Counted from the first letter of the stretch, positions 18,052-28,590 are shown. The stretch is 64,000 nt of DNA from an uncultured Bacillota bacterium (GCA_949299015.1 CASFYT010000018.1:216-64215), one strand, 5' to 3'. Notes: generated by a model from the sequence alone, not told the origin. A program made the numbers and translations.

Positions 18052-19038
18052 ATGACGGGAAGACGCCTGACGCTGGAGGAATACTCCCGAAGGGAAGCGC
18101 GTCTGACGAGCCTCTTCCGGAAGTACGGCCTGGTGCTCCTCTTCACGCTCCCCTACTTCGTGATGTTCGGCCTCTTCTTCCTCTATCCCTTCGTCAAGGG
18201 ACTGATCATGTCCCTCTACAAGTACAATTACGCCAATCCTGCGGAGAACGAGTGGAGGGGCTTCCAGAACTTCTACAAGATCCTCTTCGACGCGGAATCG
18301 TCCTACTTCCAGGACTTCTGGTCCTCCCTGGGAAGGACCGTGACGGTGAACCTGGTCCTGGTCCCGCTCTGCATCCTGATTCCCCTGCTTCTGGCCTACC
18401 TGGTCAACACCAAGCCCTGGGGCTACAAGTGGTATCGGGCGATCATCTACCTTCCCGGAATCTTCCCCCTGACGGCGACGGGCGTCATCTTCCTCAACCT
18501 CTTCAACTACCAGTACGGCTTCGTGAACTCCCTCTTCGGGACGGACGTCAACTGGCTTCTCAACCCCGAGACGACGTGGGTCGTGATCGTCCTCTTCTGC
18601 ATCTGGGGAGGCATCGGCACGAACTTCGTCATCTTCTCCGCCGGCCTCCAGGGCATCGACAAGTCCCTCTTCGAGGCCGGCGCGATCGACGGGGCCAACA
18701 AGCTCCAGCAGGTCGTCTGCATCTCCCTCCCCCAGATCAAGAACCAGCTGATCATCGGCCTCTTCACGACGATCACCGGCTACATGAACCTCTATGGGCA
18801 GAACTACATCCTGGGCGCCTTCACCCAGCCCCAGAAGGACATCTATACCGTCATCTACGTGATCCAGAACCAGTTGATGGGCACCCGCTACGAGGTCTAC
18901 GGCATGGTCTCGGCCATGGCGATCTGCCTCGGCCTGTTCATCGGCCTCTTCACCGGGTTGCAGATGTTCGTGACGCGCGAACGGAAAGGAGGGCACCGCC
19001 ATGCGAAAGCGTTCCTGGCTTTCCAGAAACAAGGCTAG
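18052..19038 (+). CDS. Sugar ABC transporter permease (MalF/UgpA-like)
   Basis: The product is multi-pass and carries an EAA-like loop (LFEAGAIDGANKLQQVVCISLPQIK). Confidence 0.9.
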   Translation: MTGRRLTLEEYSRREARLTSLFRKYGLVLLFTLPYFVMFGLFFLYPFVKGLIMSLYKYNYANPAENEWRGFQNFYKILFDAESSYFQDFWSSLGRTVTVNLVLVPLCILIPLLLAYLVNTKPWGYKWYRAIIYLPGIFPLTATGVIFLNLFNYQYGFVNSLFGTDVNWLLNPETTWVVIVLFCIWGGIGTNFVIFSAGLQGIDKSLFEAGAIDGANKLQQVVCISLPQIKNQLIIGLFTTITGYMNLYGQNYILGAFTQPQKDIYTVIYVIQNQLMGTRYEVYGMVSAMAICLGLFIGLFTGLQMFVTRERKGGHRHAKAFLAFQKQG

Positions 19039-19867
19039 GCTCTTCTCCACCGTCGTCCTCCTCGCGGTCTGCTTCGTCATCCTCTTCCCACTGGTCTGGG
19101 GCCTTGTCACCTCCTTCCGCGACGGCCTGGACCTCCAGGGACATCCCTCCGACTTCTTCCCCAGCAAGGGTGAGGCCTGGACGTTCGAGAACTACATCGA
19201 GATCTTCACCAGCGAGGAGTATCCCGTCGGGAACTGGATCCTGAACAGCTTCCTGGTCTCGACCCTGACGACGGTCTTCTACCTGACGATCATCTCCTTT
19301 GCGGCCTACGCCTTCGTCTTCTTCCGCTTCCGCTTCCGCAACGCCCTCTTCTACTTCCTCCTGGCGACGATGACCGTCCCGGGCATCGTCCTGACGGCTC
19401 CGCAGTTCACCAACATCGTCGCCATGGACCTCAACAAGACGATCTGGGGATTGATCCTGCCGGGCCTTTGCGGTGTCTACGGCCTCTTCCTCGTCCGTCA
19501 GTTCTTCCTCGGCATTCCGATTGACCTGGTCGAAAACGCCCGCATCGACGGGGCGAGCAACTTCACCATCTTCCGCAAGGTGGTGCTTCCTTTGGGAAAG
19601 TCCGCCCTCCTGGTCGAAGGCCTCTTCAGCTTCTTGGGTTCCTGGAACGACCTGCAGTGGGCGCAGCTGGTCTTGGGACGGGCCGATCCCAAGCAGTGGA
19701 CGTTGACGATCGGCCTTGCCAAGGTCATCGAAGGCAACCAGACCTTCTCCAACGTCGGCATTCAGCTGGCCTGTGCCATCATCTCGATGGTCCCGGTCCT
19801 GATCCTGTTCCTGATCGTCCAGGACCGGATCGTCGAAGGCGTGGCGATGACGGGCATCAAGAGGTAA
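19001..19867 (+). CDS. Sugar ABC transporter permease (MalG/UgpE-like)
   Basis: The product is multi-pass and carries an EAA loop (LVENARIDGASNFTIFRKVVLPLGK). Confidence 0.9.
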   Translation: MRKRSWLSRNKARLFSTVVLLAVCFVILFPLVWGLVTSFRDGLDLQGHPSDFFPSKGEAWTFENYIEIFTSEEYPVGNWILNSFLVSTLTTVFYLTIISFAAYAFVFFRFRFRNALFYFLLATMTVPGIVLTAPQFTNIVAMDLNKTIWGLILPGLCGVYGLFLVRQFFLGIPIDLVENARIDGASNFTIFRKVVLPLGKSALLVEGLFSFLGSWNDLQWAQLVLGRADPKQWTLTIGLAKVIEGNQTFSNVGIQLACAIISMVPVLILFLIVQDRIVEGVAMTGIKR

Positions 19868-19873
19868 AGCGAT

Positions 19874-21712
19874 ATGGAAAACGGCAATCCGTGGGAAGAG
19901 CGTCTGACGAAGAAGGAGGCGCGAAGGAAGTTCCGCGACGTCCACAGGACGCTGGTCAACGAGCAGGTTTCGGACTACGTCCTCCTCAAGGACGTGAACA
20001 AGGTCTATCCGGGGAACGTCCAGGCCGTCTACGACTTCAACCTCGGGATCGAGAAGAACGAGTTCGTCGTCCTGGTCGGCCCCTCGGGCTGCGGGAAGTC
20101 GACGACCCTCCGCATGATCGCGGGGCTGGAGGAGATCAGCTCGGGCTATTTCTACATCGACAAGGTCCTCTCCAACGACCGGACTCCCAAGGAGCGGGAC
20201 GTGGCGATGGTCTTCCAGAACTACGCCCTCTATCCGCACATGAACGTCTATGACAACATCTCCTTCGGCCTGAAGCTGAGGAAGGAGAGCTTTCCCGTCC
20301 TCGACGAGGAGGGGAAGCAGAAGGAAGGCGTCGACAGAAGGCGCATCCTCCGCCTCCGGAAGGAGATCCTGAAGAAGTCCCTTCTCTTCTGGGACCGGAA
20401 GGCAAGGGAGGAGAAAAAGGAGCGGAAGAAGGAGCTGGAGGAGGCCAGGACGGCGATCGTTCCTCTCTTCGTGACGAGGCACTACACCAAGGAGGAAATC
20501 GACGCCGCCGTCTTCCGCGCGGCCAAGATCCTGGACCTCGGCTCGCTTCTGGACCGCAAGCCCCGGCAGCTTTCCGGAGGTCAGATGCAGCGCGTCGCCC
20601 TGGGACGGGCCATCGTCCGCCGTCCCAAGCTCTTCCTGATGGACGAGCCGCTCTCCAACCTCGACGCCAAGCTCCGCGTCCAGATGCGTTCGGAGATCGT
20701 CTCCATCCACAAGGAGGTCCAGGCGACGACGATCTACGTCACCCACGACCAGACCGAGGCGATGACGATGGCCGACAAGGTCGTCGTCATGAACAAGGGC
20801 TTCGTCCAGCAGGTCGGGACGCCGATGGAGATCTATCGGCATCCCTACAACGTCTTCGTCGCCACCTTCATCGGCTCGCCTTCGATGAACATCCACCCGG
20901 CGACCTACGAGGAAGGGACTCTTTCCCTGGGTGAGGAGACGATCGCACTTCCGGAGTCCTTCTGTCGCGCCCACGACGCCTTCTACGACGCGAAGCGGAG
21001 CTACTGGGCGGACATCCTTTCGCGCTTCGACGGCAAGGCGGAGCAGGAATCGCTCGCGAAGGCGAAGGAACTGCTCTCCCTGATCCACGAGAAGGGAAGG
21101 GAGGAAGAGGTCCTGTCCCAGGCTGAGGAGCTTTTTGCCCACGACGACTTCTCTCCGGAGAGAAGGGGCCTCCTCGACCGTACGAGGAAGGACATCCAGG
21201 AATGCCTGGCGGCAAAGAACCTCCGCCCGCTTTCGTCCATGCTCAAGGAGTGGATCAAGATCCTTCAGGAGAAGGACCCGGCCATCTCGCAGAGCCTGGC
21301 GCAGCTCAAGTCGCATGCCATCTTCGAAAACGAACGCAAAGGCGAACAGGAGAAGACAAAGGAGAGGAAGATCTCCGACGACGAGCTTCTGCAGCAGGAG
21401 AGAAGAGAGGTCGAGACGATCGTGGACGCGTATCGGAAGGACGCCTTGGGCCGGCACGACATCCAGATCGGCCTTCGTCCGGAAGACCTGCGCCTCGCCA
21501 AGGTGGGAGAGGAACGGTCCTATCCCGCCCGGGTGAACCACGTGGAGCTTCTGGGAAGCGAGTACCTTCTCCACGTCACCCTGTTCGGCCGCGAATGGCT
21601 GGCGAAGGTCCCCTGCGAGCAGGTGATCCAGCCCGGCGATACGATCGCGCTGACCTTCCCGCTGGAGAAGCTCCACCTCTTCGATCCGGTGTCGTCCCTT
21701 GCCATTTGCTAA
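19874..21712 (+). CDS. Sugar ABC transporter ATPase (MsmX/MalK/UgpC type) with two large insertions
   Basis: Canonical motifs are all present: Walker [11 protein letters not shown]-loop [12 protein letters not shown], signature LSGGQMQRV, Walker [13 protein letters not shown] and H-loop YVTHDQ. At 612 aa it is longer than a typical ~370-aa homologue. Confidence 0.92.
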   Translation: MENGNPWEERLTKKEARRKFRDVHRTLVNEQVSDYVLLKDVNKVYPGNVQAVYDFNLGIEKNEFVVLVGPSGCGKSTTLRMIAGLEEISSGYFYIDKVLSNDRTPKERDVAMVFQNYALYPHMNVYDNISFGLKLRKESFPVLDEEGKQKEGVDRRRILRLRKEILKKSLLFWDRKAREEKKERKKELEEARTAIVPLFVTRHYTKEEIDAAVFRAAKILDLGSLLDRKPRQLSGGQMQRVALGRAIVRRPKLFLMDEPLSNLDAKLRVQMRSEIVSIHKEVQATTIYVTHDQTEAMTMADKVVVMNKGFVQQVGTPMEIYRHPYNVFVATFIGSPSMNIHPATYEEGTLSLGEETIALPESFCRAHDAFYDAKRSYWADILSRFDGKAEQESLAKAKELLSLIHEKGREEEVLSQAEELFAHDDFSPERRGLLDRTRKDIQECLAAKNLRPLSSMLKEWIKILQEKDPAISQSLAQLKSHAIFENERKGEQEKTKERKISDDELLQQERREVETIVDAYRKDALGRHDIQIGLRPEDLRLAKVGEERSYPARVNHVELLGSEYLLHVTLFGREWLAKVPCEQVIQPGDTIALTFPLEKLHLFDPVSSLAIC

Positions 21713-21726
21713 AGGAGGACTGAACA

Positions 21727-23913
21727 ATGGCCATCACATACGACGAAAAGAGACGTCTCTTCCACCTCTTCAACAGGAACGTTTCCTATTACTTCTATGT
21801 CAACAGCTGCGGCATGCTCCAGCACCTCTACTTCGGAAGGAGGCTGGACGAGATCTCCATCGAGGCGATCTCCTCCCGGGGCGACTGGTCCTGGCAGTAC
21901 TACGACGACAGGGAGAAGAAGGAGAAGATGACGGAGAGCAAGTACTATCCGGAGTTCTCCCTGATGGAATCGACGGTCCACGGCGGCTTCGACAAGCGCG
22001 GGTCGGACATCGTCCTGCGCCAGAGGGACGGATCCTACTACACCGCCTTCCGCTATCGCTCGCACCGCATCTCCAAGGGGAAGAGGAGGATGAGCACCCT
22101 GCCCTCGTGCACCGGAGGCACGAAGGAGGCGACGACGCTGGACATCGTCCTGGAGGATGAGCTCAGCCACCTGACGATGACCCTGACCTACGCCATCTTC
22201 GAGGATGCCGACGTCCTCTCCCGTTCCGTCCGCTTCCGCAACAAGACCTCCACGACCGTGGACGTCCTCAAGGCCGCCTCCCTGCTGCTCGACCTTCCCT
22301 CCTCCGACTACGACCTGATCCACTTCCACGGCGAATGGTCGAAGGAGCAGGTCTGGACCCGCCATCCGCTGGTGGACGGAAAGTTCGAGATCGACTCGAC
22401 GCGCGGCTTCACCGGCCATCAGGAGAATCCGTTCGTCATCCTGGCCCAGAGGGGAGCCGGCGAGACCCACGGCGAATGCATGGGCTTCCACCTCTGCTAC
22501 AGCGGAAACTTCTCCTTCCAGGCCGAGGTCACCAACTTCAAGACGACGCGGATCCTCTTCGGCGTCGACGACGATTCCTTCTCCTACCACCTGCGGCCGC
22601 GGGAATCCGTGAAGCTTCCGGAGGTCCTGCTGAGCTACTCCTCCTCGGGACTTCGTTCTCTCTCGCTGACGATCCACGACTTCATCCGCCGTCACCTGAT
22701 GCAGGGCGAGGACATGCGGCGCGAGAGGCCGATCGTCTTCAATTCCTGGGACGGCATCGGCATGGACTTCGACACCGAGAAGCTGATCAAGGCCATCGAC
22801 CGCTCCAAGGAAATCGGCGCGGAGCTCTTCGTCCTGGACGACGGCTGGTTCGGCCGGCGGTCCGACGACAGGACCTCGCTGGGCGACTGGGTCCCCAACG
22901 AGGAGAAGCTCGACCTCACCCGCGTCATCCGGCACTGCCACGAGCAGGGGCTGAAGTTCGGCATCTGGGTCGAGCCGGAGATGGTCTCTCCCGACTCCGA
23001 CCTCGCCCGGAGGCATCCGGAATGGATCCTCCGCCATCCGGACGTCCCCAGCTCCCTGGGGCGGCACCAGTTCGTCCTCGACATGAGCAATCCCGAGGCG
23101 GTGGAGGACGTCCACGGACAGCTGAAGGATCTCCTGACCCGATACGACATCGACTACGTCAAGTGGGACTTCAACCGCTGCCTCTCGGAAGTCTTCTCGC
23201 CGACCAAGTCGAACCTCCACCAGGGCGAGGTCCAGCACCGCTTCATCCTGGGGACCTATCGCCTGCTCTCCTCCCTGAGGGAGGAGTTCCCCCGCGTGAT
23301 GTGGGAGACCTGCGCCTCGGGCGGCGGTCGGCTGGATGCGGGTATGATCCCCTACTCGATGCAGATCCAGGCCAGCGACGTCGACGACGCCGTCGAGCGC
23401 GCCTTCATGCTCTATTCCTACTCCATGGGATATCCGCTCGCCTGCTTCTCGAGCCACGTCTTCCGCTGGAAGGGGATGGACGCCAAGTCGAAGGCGGCGA
23501 TCGCCCTCTTCAGCGGCTTCGGCTACGAGGTCGACCCGCTGCAGCTGGAGGAGAAGGACGTCGAGGCCTATCGGCAGGCCAACGACATCTATCGCCGCTA
23601 CCATCGGGAGTGCATCCTCGAGGGCGACTTCTACCGGGTGGAAAACCCCTATGAGGGCAACCACCTCCTGGTTCTCTCCGTCTCGAAGAAGAAGGACAAG
23701 GCCATGGTCCTCTTCCTCAACAAGATGCGGGAAATCCACGACTCCCGCTTCCTCCGCCTGGCCGGGCTCGATCCGGAGAAGAAGTACTGGAACAGCTACG
23801 ACAACGAGGTCCACACGGGGGCCTACTATGAGCAGGTCGGCATCAACTTCATCCGCTACCTGGGCGAGTTCGAGACGCATCTGATCCTGCTTGAGGAGAA
23901 GAAGGGCGTATGA
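21727..23913 (+). CDS. Alpha-galactosidase (GH36)
   Basis: The 728-aa product shows FNSWDGIGMDFD, FVLDDGWFGRRSDD, KWDFNR and CASGGGRLD. Confidence 0.92.
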   Translation: MAITYDEKRRLFHLFNRNVSYYFYVNSCGMLQHLYFGRRLDEISIEAISSRGDWSWQYYDDREKKEKMTESKYYPEFSLMESTVHGGFDKRGSDIVLRQRDGSYYTAFRYRSHRISKGKRRMSTLPSCTGGTKEATTLDIVLEDELSHLTMTLTYAIFEDADVLSRSVRFRNKTSTTVDVLKAASLLLDLPSSDYDLIHFHGEWSKEQVWTRHPLVDGKFEIDSTRGFTGHQENPFVILAQRGAGETHGECMGFHLCYSGNFSFQAEVTNFKTTRILFGVDDDSFSYHLRPRESVKLPEVLLSYSSSGLRSLSLTIHDFIRRHLMQGEDMRRERPIVFNSWDGIGMDFDTEKLIKAIDRSKEIGAELFVLDDGWFGRRSDDRTSLGDWVPNEEKLDLTRVIRHCHEQGLKFGIWVEPEMVSPDSDLARRHPEWILRHPDVPSSLGRHQFVLDMSNPEAVEDVHGQLKDLLTRYDIDYVKWDFNRCLSEVFSPTKSNLHQGEVQHRFILGTYRLLSSLREEFPRVMWETCASGGGRLDAGMIPYSMQIQASDVDDAVERAFMLYSYSMGYPLACFSSHVFRWKGMDAKSKAAIALFSGFGYEVDPLQLEEKDVEAYRQANDIYRRYHRECILEGDFYRVENPYEGNHLLVLSVSKKKDKAMVLFLNKMREIHDSRFLRLAGLDPEKKYWNSYDNEVHTGAYYEQVGINFIRYLGEFETHLILLEEKKGV

Positions 23914-24740
23914 CCTTGTCCGACCTTGTCATCCGCGATCCCTTCGTCCTTCCGGACAAGGATGGGTACTACATCTACGGGACGACCTTCGACGCCTCGC
24001 ATCCCAATTCCTTCCGCGTCTACCACAGCAAGGACCTTTGCGACATCGACTCGAGCGACGTCGTCTTCCAGGCCAGCGAGGACTTCTGGGCCAAGAAGGA
24101 CTTCTGGGCACCGGAGGTCTACCACCGCCTGGGACGCTACTACATGGCGGCCAGCTTCAAGTCCGACAACCGCTGCCGGGGGACCCAGATCCTCGTCTCC
24201 CGTCGTCCCACCGGTCCCTTCCGCCCGTTGACGGATGAGCCGGTGACGCCCGAAAGCTGGGAATGCCTCGACGGCACTCTCTACTTCGAGGAAGGAAGAT
24301 GCTACATGTTCTTCTGTCGGGAATGGCTCCAGGTCCATGACGGAGAGATGTACGTCCAAGAACTCAGTTCCGACCTGAAGGAGCCCAAGGGAGAGCCGGT
24401 GAAGCTCTTCTCGGCCGGAGACGTGAAGTGGGTCTCCTCGATTCTCGGAGAGGGAAACTTCGTGACCGACGGCCCCTTCGTCTACAAGGACAGAGGACGC
24501 TATCGCATGCTCTGGTCGAGCTTCTCTCAGGAGGGATACGCGATCGGCCTGGCGGAAGCGGAAAGCCTCCGGGGCCCCTGGCGTCACAAGGAGCGGCCCG
24601 TCTACAACGACAACGGCGGGCACCCGATGGTCTTCATGAAAAATGGAAGGCGCTACATCGCCTTCCATTCGCCCAACGATCCTTCCGGGAAGGAGAGGAT
24701 CCAGATCCTTCCCCTGGAAGAGCTGCTGAGAAACGACTAA
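23910..24740 (+). CDS. Small intracellular GH43-like glycoside hydrolase
   Basis: The 276-aa product has no signal peptide. It shows RDPFVLPDKDGYYIYGTT, FWAPEVYHRLGRYYMAAS and DGPFVYKDRGRYRMLWS. Confidence 0.8.
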   Translation: MTLSDLVIRDPFVLPDKDGYYIYGTTFDASHPNSFRVYHSKDLCDIDSSDVVFQASEDFWAKKDFWAPEVYHRLGRYYMAASFKSDNRCRGTQILVSRRPTGPFRPLTDEPVTPESWECLDGTLYFEEGRCYMFFCREWLQVHDGEMYVQELSSDLKEPKGEPVKLFSAGDVKWVSSILGEGNFVTDGPFVYKDRGRYRMLWSSFSQEGYAIGLAEAESLRGPWRHKERPVYNDNGGHPMVFMKNGRRYIAFHSPNDPSGKERIQILPLEELLRND

Positions 24741-25711
24741 GGATGTTCGTAGAGGGAGACGGGGAAGACCTTCTCGACGTGCTCCCTCTTTTCCGTTTCG
24801 ACCTTCTGGATGATGTCGTCGGTCACGATCGAGGTCAGGCTGTCGAAGTCGCAGCCGACGGAGTTGGTCGGCTCCAGGAGGTCGTAGCGCTCCGAGAGCC
24901 GGTCGAAGCCGTAGATGGGACAGACGTACTTCCTTCGCCTGAGCTTTCGCCGGAGGAGGATGGCCAGGTAGTCGGAATAGGCGAAGACGAAGTCGACCTC
25001 CTTCTCGACGATTTCCTTCGCCGCCTTCTCCAGCGTGACGTCGACGTTTCCCGAGCTCGGGACGTAGAGCGGATCCACGCCTTGGGCCTGGAGCGTCCTG
25101 CGGAAGCCCTGGAAGCGGCGGTTGCTGGTCTCGGAGACGGAGTCGGTGACGAAGAGGGGGCGTCTCCTTCCCAGCTCCAGGCAGCGTCGGGCGATGAGCT
25201 CCCCGCCGTGGTTGTCGTCCGTGTAGTAGAGGTCGATGTCCTTCGATTCCCTGCGGATGCCGATCAGGGCGAAGGGGATGCCTCGCTTCTTGTAGACCTG
25301 GATGACTTCGTCGTCCGGCTCGACCAGGGAGATGACGGCGCAGTAGCTGGCCGGCATGCGGGAGACGATGTCCTGGTAGTGCATCTGCTCCGACGGGCAG
25401 AAGACGATGGAACCGTAGAATCCCTTCTCGTTGAGGGCGGAGACGATCCGGTCGGAGATGACGGAGTAGAAGGGGTTGAGGAGGTTGTTCTCGACGATGG
25501 CGACGTTCTTCCCCTGGCCGCTCTTGAGGGTGACGGCGGCCTGATTGGGAAGGTAGCCCATGTCCTCGGCCGTCTTTCGGACGAGCTCCTTGGTGGCGCG
25601 AGAAATGTCGGGGGCATCCTTGAGCGCCTTGCTGACGGCGTTGGCGGTGATGCCCAGCGACCTTCCGATATCGGCAAGCGTGGTGACCTTGCGACTCTTC
25701 CGTTCTTTCAT
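24737..25711 (-). CDS. LacI-family transcriptional regulator
   Basis: An N-terminal helix-turn-helix (VTTLADIGRSLGITANAVSKALKD) precedes a periplasmic-binding-protein-like core. The start was chosen at the internal ATG (MKERKS). Confidence 0.9.
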   Translation of the reverse strand: MKERKSRKVTTLADIGRSLGITANAVSKALKDAPDISRATKELVRKTAEDMGYLPNQAAVTLKSGQGKNVAIVENNLLNPFYSVISDRIVSALNEKGFYGSIVFCPSEQMHYQDIVSRMPASYCAVISLVEPDDEVIQVYKKRGIPFALIGIRRESKDIDLYYTDDNHGGELIARRCLELGRRRPLFVTDSVSETSNRRFQGFRRTLQAQGVDPLYVPSSGNVDVTLEKAAKEIVEKEVDFVFAYSDYLAILLRRKLRRRKYVCPIYGFDRLSERYDLLEPTNSVGCDFDSLTSIVTDDIIQKVETEKREHVEKVFPVSLYEHP

Positions 25712-25925
25712 TTCTCTTTCGTCCCTCGCAGGTATTGGAAACAATCTTTTACTCGAATCGGAAACAGAGTGTTGACGAAAAAAGGGAAAATCTTCGATGG
25801 ATTCCCTCTCCTTCTAACTATTTCTATTATAAACGTCCAATGGGCGAAAAGAAACGCCTTTCCGGAAAAAAGCATCCGATCCTTCCCCGCTTTCCTTTCC
25901 TTTGCCGGCTTCGGCCGAGGAGAAG

Positions 25926-26465
25926 TCAGTAGCGTCCGACCTTCCTTCTCCGGTTCTGATGGGCCCGCAGGTATTCCGGCTTCCGCCTTTCGGGGGCCTC
26001 CTTTCGGAAATAGGGGACCAGGGAGCGGAGGAAGTCGTGGCCGGAGAGGACCATCTCCCGGACCTCCCTCGTGGGGAAGGTGATCTCCTCCCTCGTCTTG
26101 TGCTCCAGGCGGAAGTCGCATCGTCCCTTGAGGAAGAGGGTCCTGTCGACGTACCGGAGGCCCATCCCGTAGGGGAAGCACTTCGAAAGGAGCTTCCAGT
26201 CCTCGCTCTGGAGATAGGATTCGTTTCCTTCCGTCGGCGCCTGGTGGAGCAGGAGGAGGAATCCGCCCTCCCGATAGTCGAAGGCGAGGAAGAGGGGAGG
26301 CTCCCCGTCCTGTTCCTCCAGGGTTCCTTCCTTCGGGAAGAAGCCATAGAAAAGCCTTCCGTCCTCTTCCGACAGGAGGAGGGGGAAGAGCGTCCTCTCC
26401 CGGAGGGCGGGAAGGAGGTCCTGGAGGTGTTCCTGGCACCAGTCCTTGAATCGTTCGGGATACAT
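25926..26465 (-). CDS. Hypothetical protein
   Basis: This 179-aa ORF has native codon bias and is the last of three co-oriented genes. I recognise no motif. Confidence 0.6.
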   Translation of the reverse strand: MYPERFKDWCQEHLQDLLPALRERTLFPLLLSEEDGRLFYGFFPKEGTLEEQDGEPPLFLAFDYREGGFLLLLHQAPTEGNESYLQSEDWKLLSKCFPYGMGLRYVDRTLFLKGRCDFRLEHKTREEITFPTREVREMVLSGHDFLRSLVPYFRKEAPERRKPEYLRAHQNRRRKVGRY

Positions 26466-26469
26466 GTCC

Positions 26470-27129
26470 CTATTGTAGCAGAGAAGCGCGGTCCCGGAAG
26501 TCCTGAAGGTTCGGATTCTCGCCCTGGAAGGGATGGCCCTCGAGAGGGAGGAAGCGGTAGGGATGGAAGCCGGTGACGTTGCTGGCGGCGCGGAGCATCG
26601 CGATCTTCATCGCCTGGTACTTGCCCGTGGGGCTGTTGCCGAAGTCGGGGACCGGATCCTGCCTGAGGTCCAGGGAATAGACGTAGGGATCCAGGGAGAC
26701 CTCCTCCTGGAAGAGGCTCTGCAGTCCCGGGTCGAGGCGGACGTCGCTGCCGTTGTAGCCTCCGCCCCGATAGAAGACCGGTAGGTTGACCTCGTCGTCG
26801 TAGACCTTGTTTCCGTCGGCATCGAAGAACCCTTCCGTGTTGGTCAGGCTCTCCCGGATCGGATCGAGGGCGCGGACGAAGTCGTCCTTTTCGTAGCGGC
26901 CGACGGGAAGGCCGGCGAACTCGTTGGCCTGGGTCTGGTAGATGGCGCCATAGGAGAGGAGGGCGTCGGCGCGGTCGTCCATCCGGCCCAGGGACTCGAA
27001 GCTCTGGGGGCTGAGGTAGTCGGCGGCCGTGGTCTGACGGCGGACGCCGTATTGGTCCGTATAGGTGACGATCTTTGTTAGATCGACGGGATTGCTTCGA
27101 TTGGAACCGGACAGGAAAAGGAATTCCAT
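26470..27129 (-). CDS. Hypothetical protein
   Basis: This 219-aa ORF has native codon bias and lies 4 nt upstream of the next gene. I recognise no motif. Confidence 0.6.
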   Translation of the reverse strand: MEFLFLSGSNRSNPVDLTKIVTYTDQYGVRRQTTAADYLSPQSFESLGRMDDRADALLSYGAIYQTQANEFAGLPVGRYEKDDFVRALDPIRESLTNTEGFFDADGNKVYDDEVNLPVFYRGGGYNGSDVRLDPGLQSLFQEEVSLDPYVYSLDLRQDPVPDFGNSPTGKYQAMKIAMLRAASNVTGFHPYRFLPLEGHPFQGENPNLQDFRDRASLLQ

Positions 27130-27144
27130 CCAGTTCTGAAGAAG

Positions 27145-27846
27145 CTAGTTTTCCACGACAAATCCATGGCAGGAGAAGGAGCGGAGGACGTTCCTTCCCT
27201 TCTCGAGGATGGAGTCTTCGATGCGGATGTCGTCCCCTCTTGTCTCCACGACCGTCCCGGCATAGGTCAGGTTGGTCAGGTTGCCGGAGAAGCGGTCGGC
27301 GTTGGCGAAGTGGCAGTCGCGCAGGACGATGCCGTCTCCTTCGACGTAGAAGCCGACGTTGTCCTGCCCGTAGAGAGCGAAGATCGGAATCCCGCTTTCG
27401 GTCAACGTGACGCCGAAGAGCAGCATCAGGCCGAAGAAGAAGAGCTGGGAATGGCTGAGAATGGCCAGGGCGAACTCGAAGGTTCCAAGCCCGGCCATCA
27501 TGGAGGAAGGAGACAGCATCGCGCCGACGAAGTAGCCCAGTCCGCTCAGGAAGGAATAGAATCCGCCGACGTATTGCAGCTGCGGGATGCCCGAGAGGAG
27601 GATGGCGCAGGTCAGGAAGTAGCTGATGTGGCTGATCTCGATGGGGTAGGTCGGAATTCCGAGGATGGCGTAGGCGATGAACTGGCCGCTGCGGACCAAG
27701 GCCAGGGCCAGGCTCAGGAGGAAGACGACGGGAAGGGAAAAGCTCTTCTTCCTCAGGGCGAGGAAGAGGAGGACGAAAAAGAGGTAGAGGACGATGAGGA
27801 CGAGACGATAGGCAATGGAATCCATGTTCCGGAAGCTCCTTCCCAT
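27145..27846 (-). CDS. Membrane protein with a C-terminal soluble domain
   Basis: The product is 233 aa from the internal ATG (MGRSFRNMDS...). It has about 6 hydrophobic helices and a C-terminal tail of ~70 aa. The tracked ORF extends to 28092, but that part overlaps gmk on the other strand. Confidence 0.65.
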   Translation of the reverse strand: MGRSFRNMDSIAYRLVLIVLYLFFVLLFLALRKKSFSLPVVFLLSLALALVRSGQFIAYAILGIPTYPIEISHISYFLTCAILLSGIPQLQYVGGFYSFLSGLGYFVGAMLSPSSMMAGLGTFEFALAILSHSQLFFFGLMLLFGVTLTESGIPIFALYGQDNVGFYVEGDGIVLRDCHFANADRFSGNLTNLTYAGTVVETRGDDIRIEDSILEKGRNVLRSFSCHGFVVEN

Positions 27847-27961
27847 GATATAAGCACAATCGTTTCGGAGAGGCAAAGGCTTTTCGCTTTTTCCCGTCTT
27901 GCGGTTGAAAGAAAAATAGGCGAAAAGTAGAATAGTTCCATTATCATCGCGAGGTTCGAAC

Positions 27962-28570
27962 ATGATTGTACTGACGGGGCCATCGGCATCGGGAAAGACG
28001 GCGACCTGCCTCTTCCTCCAGGACCATTTCGGGATTCGGAAGGTCGTGACGCATACGACGCGGCCGAAGCGGGAAGGTGAGAGGGACGGCATCGACTACC
28101 ACTTCGTCACGGAAGAGGAGTTTCGGCGGATGGAGGAGGAAGGCCTCTTCGTCGAGACGGTCCTCTACAACGGATACCACTACGGGACCTCGAAGAAGGA
28201 AGTTCGCATCGACAAGTGCCTTGCGGTCGAACTCTCCGGAGCGAAGGTCTATCGGGGCCTGAAGGATCCCCGCATCGTCCTCTTCTTCCTGAAGGCGGAG
28301 GAAGGCCAGCGGGAAAGAAGGATGAAGGAGCGGGGCGACGCGCCGGAGAAGATCCTCTCCCGGCTTGAGAACGACCGTCAGGCCTTCCAGCTCGACGGCA
28401 CCATCGAGAGTCTCATCGACGGGGTCATCGACACGGAGAGCCACTCCCTGGAGGAGGTCAGCGAGATCGTCTATTCCCGCTACCTCGAGATCCTCAAGGA
28501 ACGCGGAATCTCCTTCATGGACGAGCTGAAAAGAGACGGGAAGCAACTTGACGAACCGGGGGAGGCTTGA
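27962..28570 (+). CDS. gmk: Guanylate kinase-like protein
   Basis: The 202-aa product has a P-loop (LTGPSASGKT) and shows TTRPKREGERDGIDYHFV and YHYGTSK. Confidence 0.85.
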   Translation: MIVLTGPSASGKTATCLFLQDHFGIRKVVTHTTRPKREGERDGIDYHFVTEEEFRRMEEEGLFVETVLYNGYHYGTSKKEVRIDKCLAVELSGAKVYRGLKDPRIVLFFLKAEEGQRERRMKERGDAPEKILSRLENDRQAFQLDGTIESLIDGVIDTESHSLEEVSEIVYSRYLEILKERGISFMDELKRDGKQLDEPGEA

Positions 28571-28590
28571 ACCCCCGGTTTTCCTTTTTT
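28556..28590 (+). terminator. Rho-independent terminator
   Basis: The hairpin CCGGGGG-aggcttgaa-CCCCCGG spans the gmk stop and is followed by TTTTCCTTTTTT. Confidence 0.7.

Noticed and set aside
18950-21727. A 925-aa - strand ORF opposite the ABC permease and ATPase genes.
   Set aside because: It is an antisense artefact. The + strand genes carry complete ABC motifs.
24428-27859. Long overlapping ORFs 24428-26083 (+, 551 aa) and 25814-27859 (-, 681 aa), rich in Arg, Pro and Gly.
   Set aside because: They cross several supported genes and intergenic regions in the wrong frame, and their composition is typical of out-of-frame GC-rich translation.
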